A DNA stretch of 61,682 nucleotides, filler included, from Actinomycetota bacterium (GTDB lineage Bacteria; Actinomycetota; Acidimicrobiia; IMCC26256; VFJJ01): the NCBI GenBank assembly GCA_009886115.1. It is 5 parts of 5 records of this genome, joined end to end, with 100 filler letters (N's around TTAATTAATTAA, not from the genome) between each part and the next. Parts side by side here need not be neighbours in the genome. Positions count along the whole stretch, not along the records: positions 27,589 to 39,971 come from VFJJ01000205.1; positions 40,072 to 61,682 come from VFJJ01000091.1; 3 more parts are not named here. One strand, given 5' to 3'. Shown here one piece after another: positions 39,711-49,774 of this stretch; the stretch's first letter is position 1; each line of letters opens with the position of its first letter. The notes beneath the pieces were generated by a model that was not told the origin of the DNA, did no database searches, and was given only the letters and a program-made list of their open reading frames with translations. Both the position numbers and the translations under genes were made by a program.

Positions 39711-39736
39711 TTGACATATTGGAAAGTAAGCTTTAC
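39711..39736 (+). promoter_or_regulatory. TTGACA -35 element and palindromic operator
   Basis: TTGACA at 39711 and GGAAAG-TAAG-CTTTAC near-palindrome at 39721-39736 in an AT-rich patch upstream of the XRE gene. Confidence 0.45.
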
Positions 39737-39817
39737 GAGTCGCTCCAGATCACGTTCATCGCCGGCATCTTGAGCTGGATCGCCGCCCTGGTGATCAAGA
39801 CCAGGCGAGCCCGTTGA
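39737..39817 (+). pseudogene. C-terminal TM remnant of a membrane protein upstream of the XRE gene
   Basis: LQITFIAGILSWIAALVIKTRRAR*; stop overlaps the XRE start; may instead be a 39-aa ORF from ATG 39698. Confidence 0.4.
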
Positions 39818-39971
39818 AGAACCGGCTGCGTGAGCTCCGGGCCGCTCGGCGATGGAGTCAGGCCGATCTGGCCGACCGCCTCGACGTGTCGCGCCAGACG
39901 GTCAACGCCGTCGAGACCGGCCGCTACGACCCCAGCCTCCCCCTTGCCTTCAAGATCGCCGCCGTCTTCGA
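39814..39971 (+). CDS. XRE-family HTH transcriptional regulator (3' truncated)
   Basis: MKNRLRELRAARRWSQADLADRLDVSRQTVNAVETGRYDPSLPLAFKIA. Confidence 0.92.
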
Positions 39972-40071
39972 NNNNNNNNNNNNNNNNNNNNNNNNNNNNN
40001 NNNNNNNNNNNNNNNTTAATTAATTAANNNNNNNNNNNNNNNNNNNNNNNNNNNNNNNNNNNNNNNNNNNN
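39972..40071. other. artificial contig linker
   Basis: N run with TTAATTAATTAA. Confidence 0.98.
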
Positions 40072-40078
40072 GCCCGGA

Positions 40079-40171
40079 CCACTTGACATAAAGCCGAGCC
40101 ACTTGACATAAAGCCGAGCCACTTGACATAAAGCCGAGCCACTTGACATAAAGCCGAGCCACTTGACATAA
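40079..40171. repeat. 20-bp tandem repeat CCACTTGACATAAAGCCGAG, four copies plus a partial fifth
   Basis: ACTTGACATAA at 40081, 40101, 40121, 40141 and 40161. Confidence 0.93.
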
Positions 40172-40188
40172 CGACGATTCTCGGCGTC
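40161..40188 (-). other. dif-like XerC/XerD recombination site
   Basis: Minus strand GACGCCGAGAA-TCGTCG-TTATGTCAAGT: 11-6-11 layout resembling actinobacterial dif (..CGCCGATAA-n6-TTATGTCAAGT, recalled from memory). Confidence 0.65.
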
Positions 40189-40234
40189 TGGGGGAGGGGC
40201 GAGTGTCGGGCGCGAGACGGTAGGGTCCGATCCG

Positions 40235-41854
40235 GTGAGCACCTCGACCGATCCTGCTGGTTGCACGCACGTCGAGCTGACGGCGCCACCGAGCAGGCAG
40301 ATCCACATCGTGATGCTGGCCATGATGAGCGGCCTGTTCCTGTCGGCGCTCGACGCCACGGCGTTCACGACGGCCGTCCCGTCGATCGCCGGTGATCTGG
40401 GCGGCATCGACCAGGTCACCTGGATCCAGACCGGCTTCTTGCTCACCCAGACTGTCGCCACGCCGATCATCGGCAAGATCAGCGACCTCCACGGGCGAAA
40501 ACGTACGTTTCAGGCGACGATCGTGGCGTTCCTGGTCACGTCGGTGGTGGCCGGGTTCGCCACGTCGATGAGCCAGTTGATCGTGCTGCGGACGCTTCAG
40601 GGCATCGGCGCCGGTGGGCTCATCTCGCTGCCCATGTCGATCATCGGCGACATCGTGCCGCCGGCCAAGCGTGGGCTGTACCAGGGCTACATCGCCGCGA
40701 CGTTCGCCGTCGCCAGCGTGGCCGGGCCGCTCGTGGGCGGTCTGTTCGTCGACCACCTGTCGTGGCGCTGGATCTTCTGGATCAACGTGCCGTTCGGCAT
40801 GGTGGCCATGGCCATCGTGCACCGGCACTTCCACGTGGCGTTCCTCCCCACCAAACGACCGATCGACTGGTGGGGCGCGGCCCTGCTCATGATCGCCGTG
40901 TCGCCGTTCCTGATCGCGCTCACGACCGGCGACGAGCACGGCTGGGCGAGTCGACGCACCATTGGTCTGTTCGCAACGGCGCTCCTGGGAACGGTCACGT
41001 TCCTGATCGTGCAGACCCGGGTGGCCGAACCGCTCGTGCCCCTCCGGCTGTTCCGGGGCCGGGTCTTCGCCGTGGCCATCGCCGGCATCTTCATCGCCGG
41101 CATGACGATGTTCGGGATCTCGCTGTTCGGGTCGCTGTTCCTCCAGGTCGTCCGGGGCAAGAGCGCCACCCGGGCCGGTCTCGACATGATCGCGTTCGCC
41201 GTGGGCACGACGCTGGCCTCGATCGTGTCGGGCCGCTTGGTCTCGCGCTACCGCCGCTACAAGCTCTTCCCGATCATCGGGGTGACGTTGGTGGCTGCAG
41301 GCCTGAGCGGGCTGTCGACGATCGACCCGTCCACCGGCCTGGCCGAGCTGAGCGTGTACCTGTTCCTCGCCGGGACCGGCATCGGCCAGATCGGCCCGAC
41401 CGTGCTCCTGGTGGTCCAGAACAGCGTCGAGTACCGCGATCTCGGGACGGGCACGGCCATGGTGAGCTTCGTGCGCAACCTGGGTGGCGCCATCGGCACG
41501 GCGGTCGGCGGGGCCATCTACGCCTCCCGCCTCGACGTGCTCCTGCCCCGCTACGTCGATCCCTCGGCCTTGGCGGCACTGCCCGATCCCGACGTGCTAC
41601 GCGGCCGGCCGTCGGAGATCGCGGCCATCGGCGACGCCGCCGTTCGCGCCGACGTCCGCCGGGCCTTCGCCGAGAGCATCGCCCTCGTCTACCGATGGTG
41701 CGTGCCCTTGTGCCTCCTGGCTCTGGTGGCCTTCCTGCTCCTGCGCGAGATCCCCCTCCGGTCGAGCATCGGCCCGGCCACTCCCGACGGTCCGATCATC
41801 GGCCCCCAGGCCCACACCTCCGAAGCACGCTCGTCCGGGCCATCACGACCCTGA
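40235..41854 (+). CDS. MFS transporter, DHA2 (EmrB/QacA) family
   Basis: [43 protein letters not shown]; about 14 TM. Confidence 0.92.
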   Translation: MSTSTDPAGCTHVELTAPPSRQIHIVMLAMMSGLFLSALDATAFTTAVPSIAGDLGGIDQVTWIQTGFLLTQTVATPIIGKISDLHGRKRTFQATIVAFLVTSVVAGFATSMSQLIVLRTLQGIGAGGLISLPMSIIGDIVPPAKRGLYQGYIAATFAVASVAGPLVGGLFVDHLSWRWIFWINVPFGMVAMAIVHRHFHVAFLPTKRPIDWWGAALLMIAVSPFLIALTTGDEHGWASRRTIGLFATALLGTVTFLIVQTRVAEPLVPLRLFRGRVFAVAIAGIFIAGMTMFGISLFGSLFLQVVRGKSATRAGLDMIAFAVGTTLASIVSGRLVSRYRRYKLFPIIGVTLVAAGLSGLSTIDPSTGLAELSVYLFLAGTGIGQIGPTVLLVVQNSVEYRDLGTGTAMVSFVRNLGGAIGTAVGGAIYASRLDVLLPRYVDPSALAALPDPDVLRGRPSEIAAIGDAAVRADVRRAFAESIALVYRWCVPLCLLALVAFLLLREIPLRSSIGPATPDGPIIGPQAHTSEARSSGPSRP

Positions 41855-41923
41855 GCACTCGCGTTCGGGGCGCGTCGGAGGACACCCCGACCTGAGCGTG
41901 GGAACCGTGGACCGTCGACGGCC

Positions 41924-43630
41924 TCAGCGTCCCCGGGCGGCCCGGTACCGCCGGATCAGGGCGTTCGTCGAGGCGTCGTGGGTGAGGACGGGCTCGTCGG
42001 CAGCAACGAGCTCGGGCTCGATGCGCACGGCGAGCGACTTGCCGAGCTCGACGCCCCACTGGTCGAACGAGTTCACGTCCCAGATGACGCCCTGCACGAA
42101 CACCTTGTGCTCGTAACAGGCGATGAGCTGTCCGAGCACCCCCGGCGTGAGCTGGCTGGCGATGATGGTCGTCGTCGGATGGTTGCCCTCGAAGACCCGG
42201 TGGGCGATCTGGTGCCCGGGCACCCCTGCGGCCACGACCTCGTCGCGGGTCCGGCCCAGCGCCAGCGCCTCGGTCTGGGCGAAGAAGTTGGCCATCAGGA
42301 GATCGTGATGGCGGTATCCGTCGGCGTGGCGGGTGTCGTGCTGTGGCGCCAGGAACCCGATGAAGTCGGCCGGGATCAGACGCGTCCCCTGGTGGATCAA
42401 CTGGTAGTAGGCGTGCTGTCCGTTGGTTCCCGGGGTGCCCCACACGACAGGACCCGTGGCGTGGTCGACCCGGCGGCCCGAGCGGTCGACCGACTTGCCG
42501 TTCGACTCCATGTCGAGCTGTTGCAGATACGCCGACAAGCGCCCGAGGTACTGCGAGTAGGGCAGGATGGCCAACGTCTCGGCTCCGAAGAAGTTGTGAT
42601 ACCAGATCCCGAGGAGCGCCATCACGACGGGCAGGTTGCGCTCGAAGGGCGTCGTCCGGAAATGCTCGTCCATCTCGTGGAACCCGTGCAGCATCTCGTC
42701 GAACGCCAGTCCGCCGATCGCCACCATGAGCGACAGCCCGATGGCCGAGTCGTAGGAGTAGCGCCCGCCCACCCAGTCCCAGAACTCGAACATGTTCGCC
42801 GTGTCGATGCCGAACTCCGCGACCTTCGCGGTGTTGGTCGACACGGCCACGAAGTGCCGGGCCACGGCATCGCCTTCGCCGACGTCGCCGACGTCGCCGA
42901 CGTCGCCCGGGTACCCGGCCTCGGGCGAGCTGCCGGGGCCGACGCCCAGCCCGGCCAGGAGCCACTCGCGCGCCGTCGTGGCGTTGGTGATCGTCTCGAC
43001 GGTGGTGAAGGTCTTCGACGCCACGATGAACAGCGTCTCGGCCGGGTCGAGGTCGAGCAGGGCCTCGGCCATGTCGTCGCCGTCGACGTTCGACACGAAG
43101 CGAAACGCCATGTCGCGCTTCGAGAATGCGCGCAGAGCGTCGTAGGCCATCGCCGGTCCGAGGTCGGAGCCGCCGATGCCGATGTTCACGACGGTGCGAA
43201 TCGGCCGGCCGGTGGCACCGCGCCACTCCCCCGTCCGCACCTGCTCGGCGAACTCGGCCATGCGCCGCTTGACCGCGTGCACACCCGGGACCACGTTCTC
43301 GCCGTCGACGATGATCGTGGCGTCGGCCGGGGCCCGCAGCGCGATGTGCAGCACCGCCCGGTCCTCGGTGAGGTTGATCTTCTCCCCCGCGAACATGGCG
43401 TCGATCATGCGGCGCACGCCGGCCGTCTCGGCCAGCTCGAACAGGAGCCTCATGGTCTCGTCGGTGACGCGGTGCTTGGAGTAGTCGGTGAAGAGCGCGC
43501 CGGCGTCGACCGTGAGGCGTTGGGCCCGTTGGGGATCGTCGGCGAGCAGATCGCGCAGGTGCACGCCGGACATCGCCTGCTGGTGCTCGGCCAGGGCGGC
43601 CCAGGCAGGCGTCTCGGTGATCCTCGTCAT
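41924..43630 (-). CDS. pgi: glucose-6-phosphate isomerase
   Basis: [67 protein letters not shown]. Confidence 0.97.
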   Translation of the reverse strand: MTRITETPAWAALAEHQQAMSGVHLRDLLADDPQRAQRLTVDAGALFTDYSKHRVTDETMRLLFELAETAGVRRMIDAMFAGEKINLTEDRAVLHIALRAPADATIIVDGENVVPGVHAVKRRMAEFAEQVRTGEWRGATGRPIRTVVNIGIGGSDLGPAMAYDALRAFSKRDMAFRFVSNVDGDDMAEALLDLDPAETLFIVASKTFTTVETITNATTAREWLLAGLGVGPGSSPEAGYPGDVGDVGDVGEGDAVARHFVAVSTNTAKVAEFGIDTANMFEFWDWVGGRYSYDSAIGLSLMVAIGGLAFDEMLHGFHEMDEHFRTTPFERNLPVVMALLGIWYHNFFGAETLAILPYSQYLGRLSAYLQQLDMESNGKSVDRSGRRVDHATGPVVWGTPGTNGQHAYYQLIHQGTRLIPADFIGFLAPQHDTRHADGYRHHDLLMANFFAQTEALALGRTRDEVVAAGVPGHQIAHRVFEGNHPTTTIIASQLTPGVLGQLIACYEHKVFVQGVIWDVNSFDQWGVELGKSLAVRIEPELVAADEPVLTHDASTNALIRRYRAARGR

Positions 43631-43831
43631 GGTGCGCTCCTCCGTGTCGCGTCGGCGTGCACCCAGTCTGGTCTCGCCAGCGCCGCGAGCGCGCAACCTC
43701 GCTCACAGTCTCGGCGAGACCCGGCGAGACCCGGCCGGGCCTGACGGGAGCACACGGGCACGGGACCCACGTCGAAGGACGCCACGGGCCGGCATCTGGC
43801 AGACTCAGCGATCGTCGACGGAGGAACCTGC

Positions 43832-44944
43832 ATGAAGACCCGTGCCGCTGTCATGTTCGAGTCGCCAGGAAGATGGGAGATCGTCGAGGTCGACCTCGAC
43901 CCGCCCAAGGCGCAGGAGGTGCTGGTCAAGCTCGTGGCCACCGGGCTGTGCCACAGCGACGCCCACTACATGACCGGTGACATGCCGGTCCACCAGCTGC
44001 CGTTGTGCGGCGGGCACGAGGGCGCAGGCATCGTCGAGGCGGTCGGCCCGGGTGTCACCTCGGTCGCCCCCGGCGATCACGTCGTTCTGGCCTTCATCCC
44101 CGGATGCGGCCGGTGCCGGATGTGCGCGTCGGGACGGCAGAACCTGTGCGACCTCGGAGCGCACCTGATGGCCGGTCCGCAGCTCGACGGCACCTACCGC
44201 ATGCACCACGAGGGTCGCGACGTGTGCCAGATGGTGCTGATCTCCACCTTCGCCGAGCGCACCGTCGTCCCCGAGTTCTCGGTCGTGAAGATCGCCGACG
44301 ACGTACCCCTCGAGACGGTCTGCCTGCTCGGTTGCGGGGTCGGCACCGGTTGGGGATCGGCGGTCAACAGCGCCGAGGTGGCCCCCGGAGACGTGGTGAT
44401 CGTCATGGGTATCGGCGGGATCGGCATCAACGCGGTCCAGGGGGCCCGCCACGCCGGGGCGACCACGATCGTGGCCGTCGATCCGGTGGCCTTCAAGCGG
44501 GAGAAGGCCCAGGAGATGGGGGCGACCCACGCGTTCGACAACATCGGCGACGCCACGGAGTTCGTGCACTCGATCACCAACGGCCAGGGCGCCGACTCGG
44601 CGATCGTCACCATCGGCGTCGTCCTCGGAGAGCACATCGCGCAGGGCTTCGACGCCATCCGCAAGGGTGGCACGGTTGTCGTCACCGGTGTCCCCCGCTT
44701 CGACCAACTGAGCATCCCCGTCAACCCCATGATGCTCGTCGGCTTCCAGAAGCGCATCCAGGGTTCGCTCTACGGCGCCTGCAGCCCGTCCAGGGACATC
44801 CCCCGGCAGGTCGAGATGTACCGGGCCGGTCAGCTCAAGCTCGACGAGCTGATCACCCGGAGGTACACGCTCGAACAGATCAACGAGGCCTACGACGACA
44901 TGTTCGCCGGTCGCAACATCCGGGGTGTCATCGACCTCGTCTGA
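43832..44944 (+). CDS. Zn-dependent alcohol dehydrogenase (NDMA-dependent, Rxyl_3153-like)
   Basis: GLCHSD, GGHEGAG, CGRCRMC..NLC, GCGVGTGWGSA, GIGGIG, GRNIRG. Confidence 0.88.
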   Translation: MKTRAAVMFESPGRWEIVEVDLDPPKAQEVLVKLVATGLCHSDAHYMTGDMPVHQLPLCGGHEGAGIVEAVGPGVTSVAPGDHVVLAFIPGCGRCRMCASGRQNLCDLGAHLMAGPQLDGTYRMHHEGRDVCQMVLISTFAERTVVPEFSVVKIADDVPLETVCLLGCGVGTGWGSAVNSAEVAPGDVVIVMGIGGIGINAVQGARHAGATTIVAVDPVAFKREKAQEMGATHAFDNIGDATEFVHSITNGQGADSAIVTIGVVLGEHIAQGFDAIRKGGTVVVTGVPRFDQLSIPVNPMMLVGFQKRIQGSLYGACSPSRDIPRQVEMYRAGQLKLDELITRRYTLEQINEAYDDMFAGRNIRGVIDLV

Positions 44945-44986
44945 CGAGGGTCCGAGCCGACCCGGACGCATGCCTACACTCCGGCG

Positions 44987-45976
44987 GTGATCAGGGTCCG
45001 TCGCTACCACGCCGACCACACCGTCGAGGACGAGGTGGAACCCACCGCGATCTCCGACCTCGTCGGCACGACCGACGAGCTGGTGTGGGCCGACGTGCTC
45101 GACCCGACCGAGGACGAGATCGCCATGCTGGTGGAGGAGTTCGAGGTGCACCACCTGGCCGCCGAGGACCTGTTGCAGCGACGGCAACGACCCCGCCTGG
45201 AGCAGTACCCGACCCATTCGCTCCTCACCGCCAAGGACTGCTCGGCGACGGGCGACACCGGCATCGCCATCGCCAGCCTCGACGTGCTCTTCGGCGATGG
45301 CTGGGTGATCACGCTGCATGCAACCGATCCCGATGGTGGCGTCCCCCTCGACACCGACGAGATCGCCCGTCGCTTCCAAAAGCAACGAGGCGACGACGGT
45401 GGCACTGACGAAGGCTTCTTCCTCGCGGTCCTGCTCGATCTGCTCGTCGACCGCTACTTCGCCGTCGTCGACATCGTGGAGGATCGGTTCGAGGTCCTCG
45501 AGGCGGCCGTGTTCGCGGTCCCGGCCGACGGCGACGACGTGCAACGCCAGCTGTTCTTGCATCGTGAGAGCCTGATCGGGTTTCGCAAGGCGGTGAGCCC
45601 CTTGCGGGAGGCCTTGGCCAGCCTGGGGCGGCGTGAGGTCGAGACCTTCACCCCGCTCGCGGTGCTGCACCTGCGTGATGTGCACGACAACCTGGTGCGC
45701 TTGGTTGAGATCATCGAGGGCCAGCGCGAGCTCCTGGCGGGCGCCATCGAGGCGAATCTGGCGATGATCTCGCTCCGGCTCAACGTGGTCATGAAGCAGA
45801 TGACCGCCTGGGGCGCCATCCTCGTGGTGGCCACCATCATCACGGGCCTCTACGGCATGAACTTCGACCACATGCCCGAGTTGCACTGGACGCTGGGCTA
45901 CCCCTTCGCGATCGGGTTGATCCTCGTCTCGACGACCGTGCTGTACACGATCTTCAAGCGACGCGACTGGCTGTGA
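44987..45976 (+). CDS. corA: CorA-family Mg2+/Co2+ transporter
   Basis: HHLAAED, RDVHD, YGMNFDHMPEL; two C-terminal TM segments. Confidence 0.92.
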   Translation: MIRVRRYHADHTVEDEVEPTAISDLVGTTDELVWADVLDPTEDEIAMLVEEFEVHHLAAEDLLQRRQRPRLEQYPTHSLLTAKDCSATGDTGIAIASLDVLFGDGWVITLHATDPDGGVPLDTDEIARRFQKQRGDDGGTDEGFFLAVLLDLLVDRYFAVVDIVEDRFEVLEAAVFAVPADGDDVQRQLFLHRESLIGFRKAVSPLREALASLGRREVETFTPLAVLHLRDVHDNLVRLVEIIEGQRELLAGAIEANLAMISLRLNVVMKQMTAWGAILVVATIITGLYGMNFDHMPELHWTLGYPFAIGLILVSTTVLYTIFKRRDWL

Positions 45977-46448
45977 AGCCGTGCTGGTCGAGGAACTCGA
46001 GCAGCCCCGCCACCAGGTCGACATCGGCGAGTGACGACGTCGGGACCCAACGGGCGTCGTCGGCGTCGTCGCCGGCCCGCGGCTCCGTGTCGGCTTCGGC
46101 GGGACGGGCGGCGAAGTCGAGGATCACGTGGTGCCACGCCCCTGCGGGGTCGATGCGCTCGACCCAACCGACGAATCCGGTCACCGAGACGGCGATCCCG
46201 GTCTCTTCCCGGACTTCTCTGACCACCGCATCGGCGAGGCGCTCACCGGGCTCGACCCGCCCTCCCGGGACTGACCACAATCCCCGACCGGGCTCCCGTC
46301 CCCTGCACACGAGCAGGATCTCGGTGCCTGCAGGGCTCGCGGCGCCGTCACCCTCACCCTCGCCCTCGCGGTGACCCGACGGGCGGATGACGATGGCGCC
46401 AACGGCCACCTCGGGTCGGAGCGCTCCGCCTGCGCCCGGCAGGCTCAT
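45954..46448 (-). CDS. NUDIX hydrolase
   Basis: WSVPGGRVEPGE..AVVREVREETG Nudix box; ATG 46448 overlaps the GNAT stop. Confidence 0.9.
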   Translation of the reverse strand: MSLPGAGGALRPEVAVGAIVIRPSGHREGEGEGDGAASPAGTEILLVCRGREPGRGLWSVPGGRVEPGERLADAVVREVREETGIAVSVTGFVGWVERIDPAGAWHHVILDFAARPAEADTEPRAGDDADDARWVPTSSLADVDLVAGLLEFLDQHGFTASRVA

Positions 46449-46921
46449 CCCCCGAAACGGTGGTGCATGGTGATCGACCGGGCCACGAATCCCTGTTCCT
46501 CGAAGAAGTTCTTGGTCGCACGATGCCCGGGCAGGGCCATCGAGTCGATGCCGAGGCAGCCCCGCTCGCGACACCACTCGACGAGCTCGCCGAGCACGAG
46601 CTCGCCCACGCCCACCTCACGGGCTAACGGCTCCACGTAGAGCTCCCGGATCGTTCCCAGGACGGCGCCGTCGCGCAAGGTCTCGGCCGTGGCGATCCCG
46701 AAACCCACGACGACCTCGTCGATGCAACCCACGAGGAACAGCCGATCGCCGGTGGGAGCGAGCAACGCTTCGTAGCTATCGACGAGCGGCTCGGGCAGCG
46801 CATCGCGGCGCGACCAGAGGTCACCTCCCCGGAACCCGGAGAGCTCCTCGGCCATGGCTCTCGAGAGGTCGGCGACGCCGCCGAGATCCGATCGCACCGC
46901 GACCCGGCACCCTTCCATCAT
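46445..46921 (-). CDS. GNAT acetyltransferase
   Basis: LYVEPLAREVGVG, ALPGHRATKNFFE. Confidence 0.85.
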   Translation of the reverse strand: MMEGCRVAVRSDLGGVADLSRAMAEELSGFRGGDLWSRRDALPEPLVDSYEALLAPTGDRLFLVGCIDEVVVGFGIATAETLRDGAVLGTIRELYVEPLAREVGVGELVLGELVEWCRERGCLGIDSMALPGHRATKNFFEEQGFVARSITMHHRFGG

Positions 46922-47475
46922 CGCCCCTCGCCGAGCAGCTGGCTGATCCGGGTGAGCACCGTGCGGCGTTGGCGGCCTTCGGTCTCATGGCGGCGGAGGG
47001 TTTCGAGATCGGCGACCGACAAGCCCGCGAGCGAGCTCACGACCTGGGATGCCGAGAGCTGGTCGTAGCCGTCGATGGGAAGCTCGGTCGCGGCGAGCGG
47101 GGGCGGGCGCGACGCCGGCGGTCGGTCGAGTTCGAGTGACTCGTCGCGCTGGGCCGTTCGGGTGGGCTCGCCCGCGTTGGCGTCGCGATCGAGATCGGTC
47201 GGCTTGTTCGTGTCGCCGTCGGGCGCCGGGGTCGCCGACCCGGCTCGCATCCGATCGAGTCGCCCTTCGAGGGCGTCGGCCGCGAGGCGGCGCAGGTGCG
47301 GCGCGCTGAACTGGCCCACCACCTTGGCCGTGCGCAGCTGCATCTCGACCCGTTCCGCGAGGCGGGCCAGCTCCCGCTGGCCGCGGTCGGCGGCATCGGG
47401 GAGCGACTCGATCACCCCGATCATCAGGCCCACCGGCAGATGCACGGCATAGCGCTCGACTCGTCTGGCGTTCAC
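46918..47475 (-). CDS. hypothetical protein with LPIDGYDQL...RRTVL C-terminal domain
   Basis: Coupled by overlaps to lnt and the GNAT gene; conserved-looking C-terminal motif. Confidence 0.7.
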   Translation of the reverse strand: MNARRVERYAVHLPVGLMIGVIESLPDAADRGQRELARLAERVEMQLRTAKVVGQFSAPHLRRLAADALEGRLDRMRAGSATPAPDGDTNKPTDLDRDANAGEPTRTAQRDESLELDRPPASRPPPLAATELPIDGYDQLSASQVVSSLAGLSVADLETLRRHETEGRQRRTVLTRISQLLGEGR

Positions 47476-49088
47476 CCGGTCCCGTCCCCCGTCGCCGCTT
47501 CGATCGTCCGAGCCCGCCGCGCCCGACGGATCGCCACCATGCCCGCCGACCACACCGCCAGCATCGAGGCGTACACGACCCAATCGCCGAGCACCACGTA
47601 GGGAGTGCGGCCCGTGGCTCCGGTCACGTCGGCGACCGTGACCCCGTTCACGAACAGCTCGCTCTGACGGGTCACGCGGCCGTCGGCGTCGATGATCGCG
47701 GTCGAGCCCGAGATCGAGGAGTGCACGATCGGTCGCCCGGTCTCGGCCGCCCGGAACTGGGTCATGGCGATGTGCTGGTCGGAGTTGGCCGAACGCCGGT
47801 ACGACCGGTTGTTCGTGGTGACCACGAGGATCTCGGCGCCGTCACGCACGTTGGCCCGGGCGATCTCGGAGAAGGCGCTCTCGAAGCAGATCATGGTGGC
47901 CACCGGCACCCCGCTGATGGAGGTGAGGAAGCGGTTCCGGCCCGGCGCCGTGTCCCGCCCGATCTGCTCGGTGGCGCCGATGCGGCCGAAGATGCTTCGC
48001 AGTGGCAGGTACTCGCCGAATGGGACGAGGTGCTGCTTCATGTACGTCCCGATCAGGCGAGCGTCGGGGTCGAAGAAGAAGTTGGTGTTCTCGCGCCGAC
48101 CATCCGGTCGAGCGACGCTCGAGTGGTTGGCGATGACGTGGGCATCGAGGCGACGAGCCGTGCGGGCGATGCCGTCGGCGACGAAGGCGTCGAGCAGCGG
48201 GTCGGCGTCCATGCTCGACTCGGGGAAAACGACGAGATCGATGCCCTCTCCGGCGCCGAGCCCGTCGGCCAGCGCGAAGTGCCGGCTCGACAGGGTGTGG
48301 GCCCGGATCTCCTGGATCGACAGGTCGCGGTTGATGTCGTTGCCCTGTACGGCTGCGACGCGGATCGAGCCCGTCTGGCGCACGCCGGGCTCGAGCAGCG
48401 GTGCGAGCACGGCTGCGACCACCATCCCGCCGATTCCCAGCACGCCGCCCCGGCGGCGCCACGTGGTCGCCGCGCCGATCTGGGTGCCAGAGCGGCGCAC
48501 GGCGAGATCGACGAGGATCGCCGCCGCCACCACGGCCAGATAGGTCACCAGTCGGACCGAGCCCCACCGGGCGAGGTCGCGCGCCGGACCCAGGTCGTGG
48601 AACGAATAGCCGAGCTCGCCCCAGGTCAAGCCCCCGAAGGGCCAGCGCCCCCGGAAGGCCTCGGTGAAGACCCAGACCGCGCCGATCAGCCATGGCGATC
48701 GAAGCCCCCGGCGGGCCAGCCACGCCACCAGGGCCCCGGCCAACGCCCAGTACGCAGCGAGCAGAGCGAGCAGCGGCCCCATGGCGATGACGCCGAAGTA
48801 GCGCAGCCACTCCATGACGACCAGGAAGAACACCAGGCCCGAGAGGAAGCCCAGTCGAGCCGCAACCGCGGGACGGGCGTCGCGCCATGACCACAGCAGC
48901 AGGGCCATCCCGGGGACCGCCAGCAGGGCCCAGTCGAACGGCGGGAAGGCCAAGGCCATGACGAGGCCCCCGCCCACCGCCGCACCGCGGCGGCGCCACG
49001 CCTGTCGACCGTGCTGCTCGCCGGGGACGCGGACGTGGTCGGGGGCCGGGGTGCCGTCGGGAAGCTCGGACCGGGTCGCGATGCTCAC
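47472..49088 (-). CDS. lnt: apolipoprotein N-acyltransferase
   Basis: TM N-terminus, WPFGG.W, VQGN, FPES, KQHLVPFGEY, ICFES, RAAETGR. Confidence 0.93.
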   Translation of the reverse strand: MSIATRSELPDGTPAPDHVRVPGEQHGRQAWRRRGAAVGGGLVMALAFPPFDWALLAVPGMALLLWSWRDARPAVAARLGFLSGLVFFLVVMEWLRYFGVIAMGPLLALLAAYWALAGALVAWLARRGLRSPWLIGAVWVFTEAFRGRWPFGGLTWGELGYSFHDLGPARDLARWGSVRLVTYLAVVAAAILVDLAVRRSGTQIGAATTWRRRGGVLGIGGMVVAAVLAPLLEPGVRQTGSIRVAAVQGNDINRDLSIQEIRAHTLSSRHFALADGLGAGEGIDLVVFPESSMDADPLLDAFVADGIARTARRLDAHVIANHSSVARPDGRRENTNFFFDPDARLIGTYMKQHLVPFGEYLPLRSIFGRIGATEQIGRDTAPGRNRFLTSISGVPVATMICFESAFSEIARANVRDGAEILVVTTNNRSYRRSANSDQHIAMTQFRAAETGRPIVHSSISGSTAIIDADGRVTRQSELFVNGVTVADVTGATGRTPYVVLGDWVVYASMLAVWSAGMVAIRRARRARTIEAATGDGTG

Positions 49089-49145
49089 GCGATCATCATC
49101 GCACGACGGGCCCGACGCTTTCGGCCGGGGTCGATGGCCCGAGCC

Positions 49146-49655
49146 TCAGACGCAGTCGCGGCAGTACTGCTTCGCAGGGTCGGCCATCTGGCTCGGGGCC
49201 TTGACGAGGAAGCACGACTTGCACACGAACTCCCCCGGCCGCTTGGCGGGGATGCGCGATCCCCCGTCGGACCGGTCGTCATCGTCATCGTCGTCGTCGA
49301 GGTCGTCGTCGTCCTCGAGATCGGATGCGATGCGCTCGCGCAGCAAGACGTCGAGAGGGTCCTCGACATCGGTCGTGTCCTCTTCGTCCTCGAGGTCGAG
49401 AACGACGTCATCGTCGTCATCGTCGTCATCGTCGCTCTCACCGGCCTCTACCACTTCGTCTGCGGCTCGGGGGGCGCGCACGGGCACCGGGATCTCGACC
49501 ACGTCGTCGACGCCGGCCTCGACCTCGGCCTCGACCTCGTCGAGCTCATCGAGGTCTTCGAGATCGGGGTCGAGCTCCTCCTCCTCGTCGAGGAGCAGTT
49601 CCTCGTCGATCTCGTCGTCGACCTCTTCGGTTTCCTCGAACTCCTCGTCGCTCAT
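49146..49655 (-). CDS. DUF4193-like acidic protein with C-terminal Cys cluster
   Basis: Long Asp/Glu tract, then PAKRPGEFVCKSCFLVK..CRDCV. Confidence 0.8.
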   Translation of the reverse strand: MSDEEFEETEEVDDEIDEELLLDEEEELDPDLEDLDELDEVEAEVEAGVDDVVEIPVPVRAPRAADEVVEAGESDDDDDDDDDVVLDLEDEEDTTDVEDPLDVLLRERIASDLEDDDDLDDDDDDDDRSDGGSRIPAKRPGEFVCKSCFLVKAPSQMADPAKQYCRDCV

Positions 49656-49774
49656 TGCGGCGAAGTCCTCTCCCTGGCGGATGGCGCCGGGAGTATACGC
49701 GGCGGGCTCGCCGGTCCCCGAGGTTCCCTGCTCAGGCACCGTGAGAACCGTCGCGAGCCCGTACCTACGCTCGG

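Noticed and set aside
39708..39736. CTTGACATAT as a second dif-like site
   Set aside because: XerD arm is imperfect and no XerC arm lies 6 nt away; a sigma-70 -35 element fits better
40079..40171. 20-bp repeat array as a CRISPR array
   Set aside because: Units are contiguous and identical with no unique spacers, and there are no cas genes
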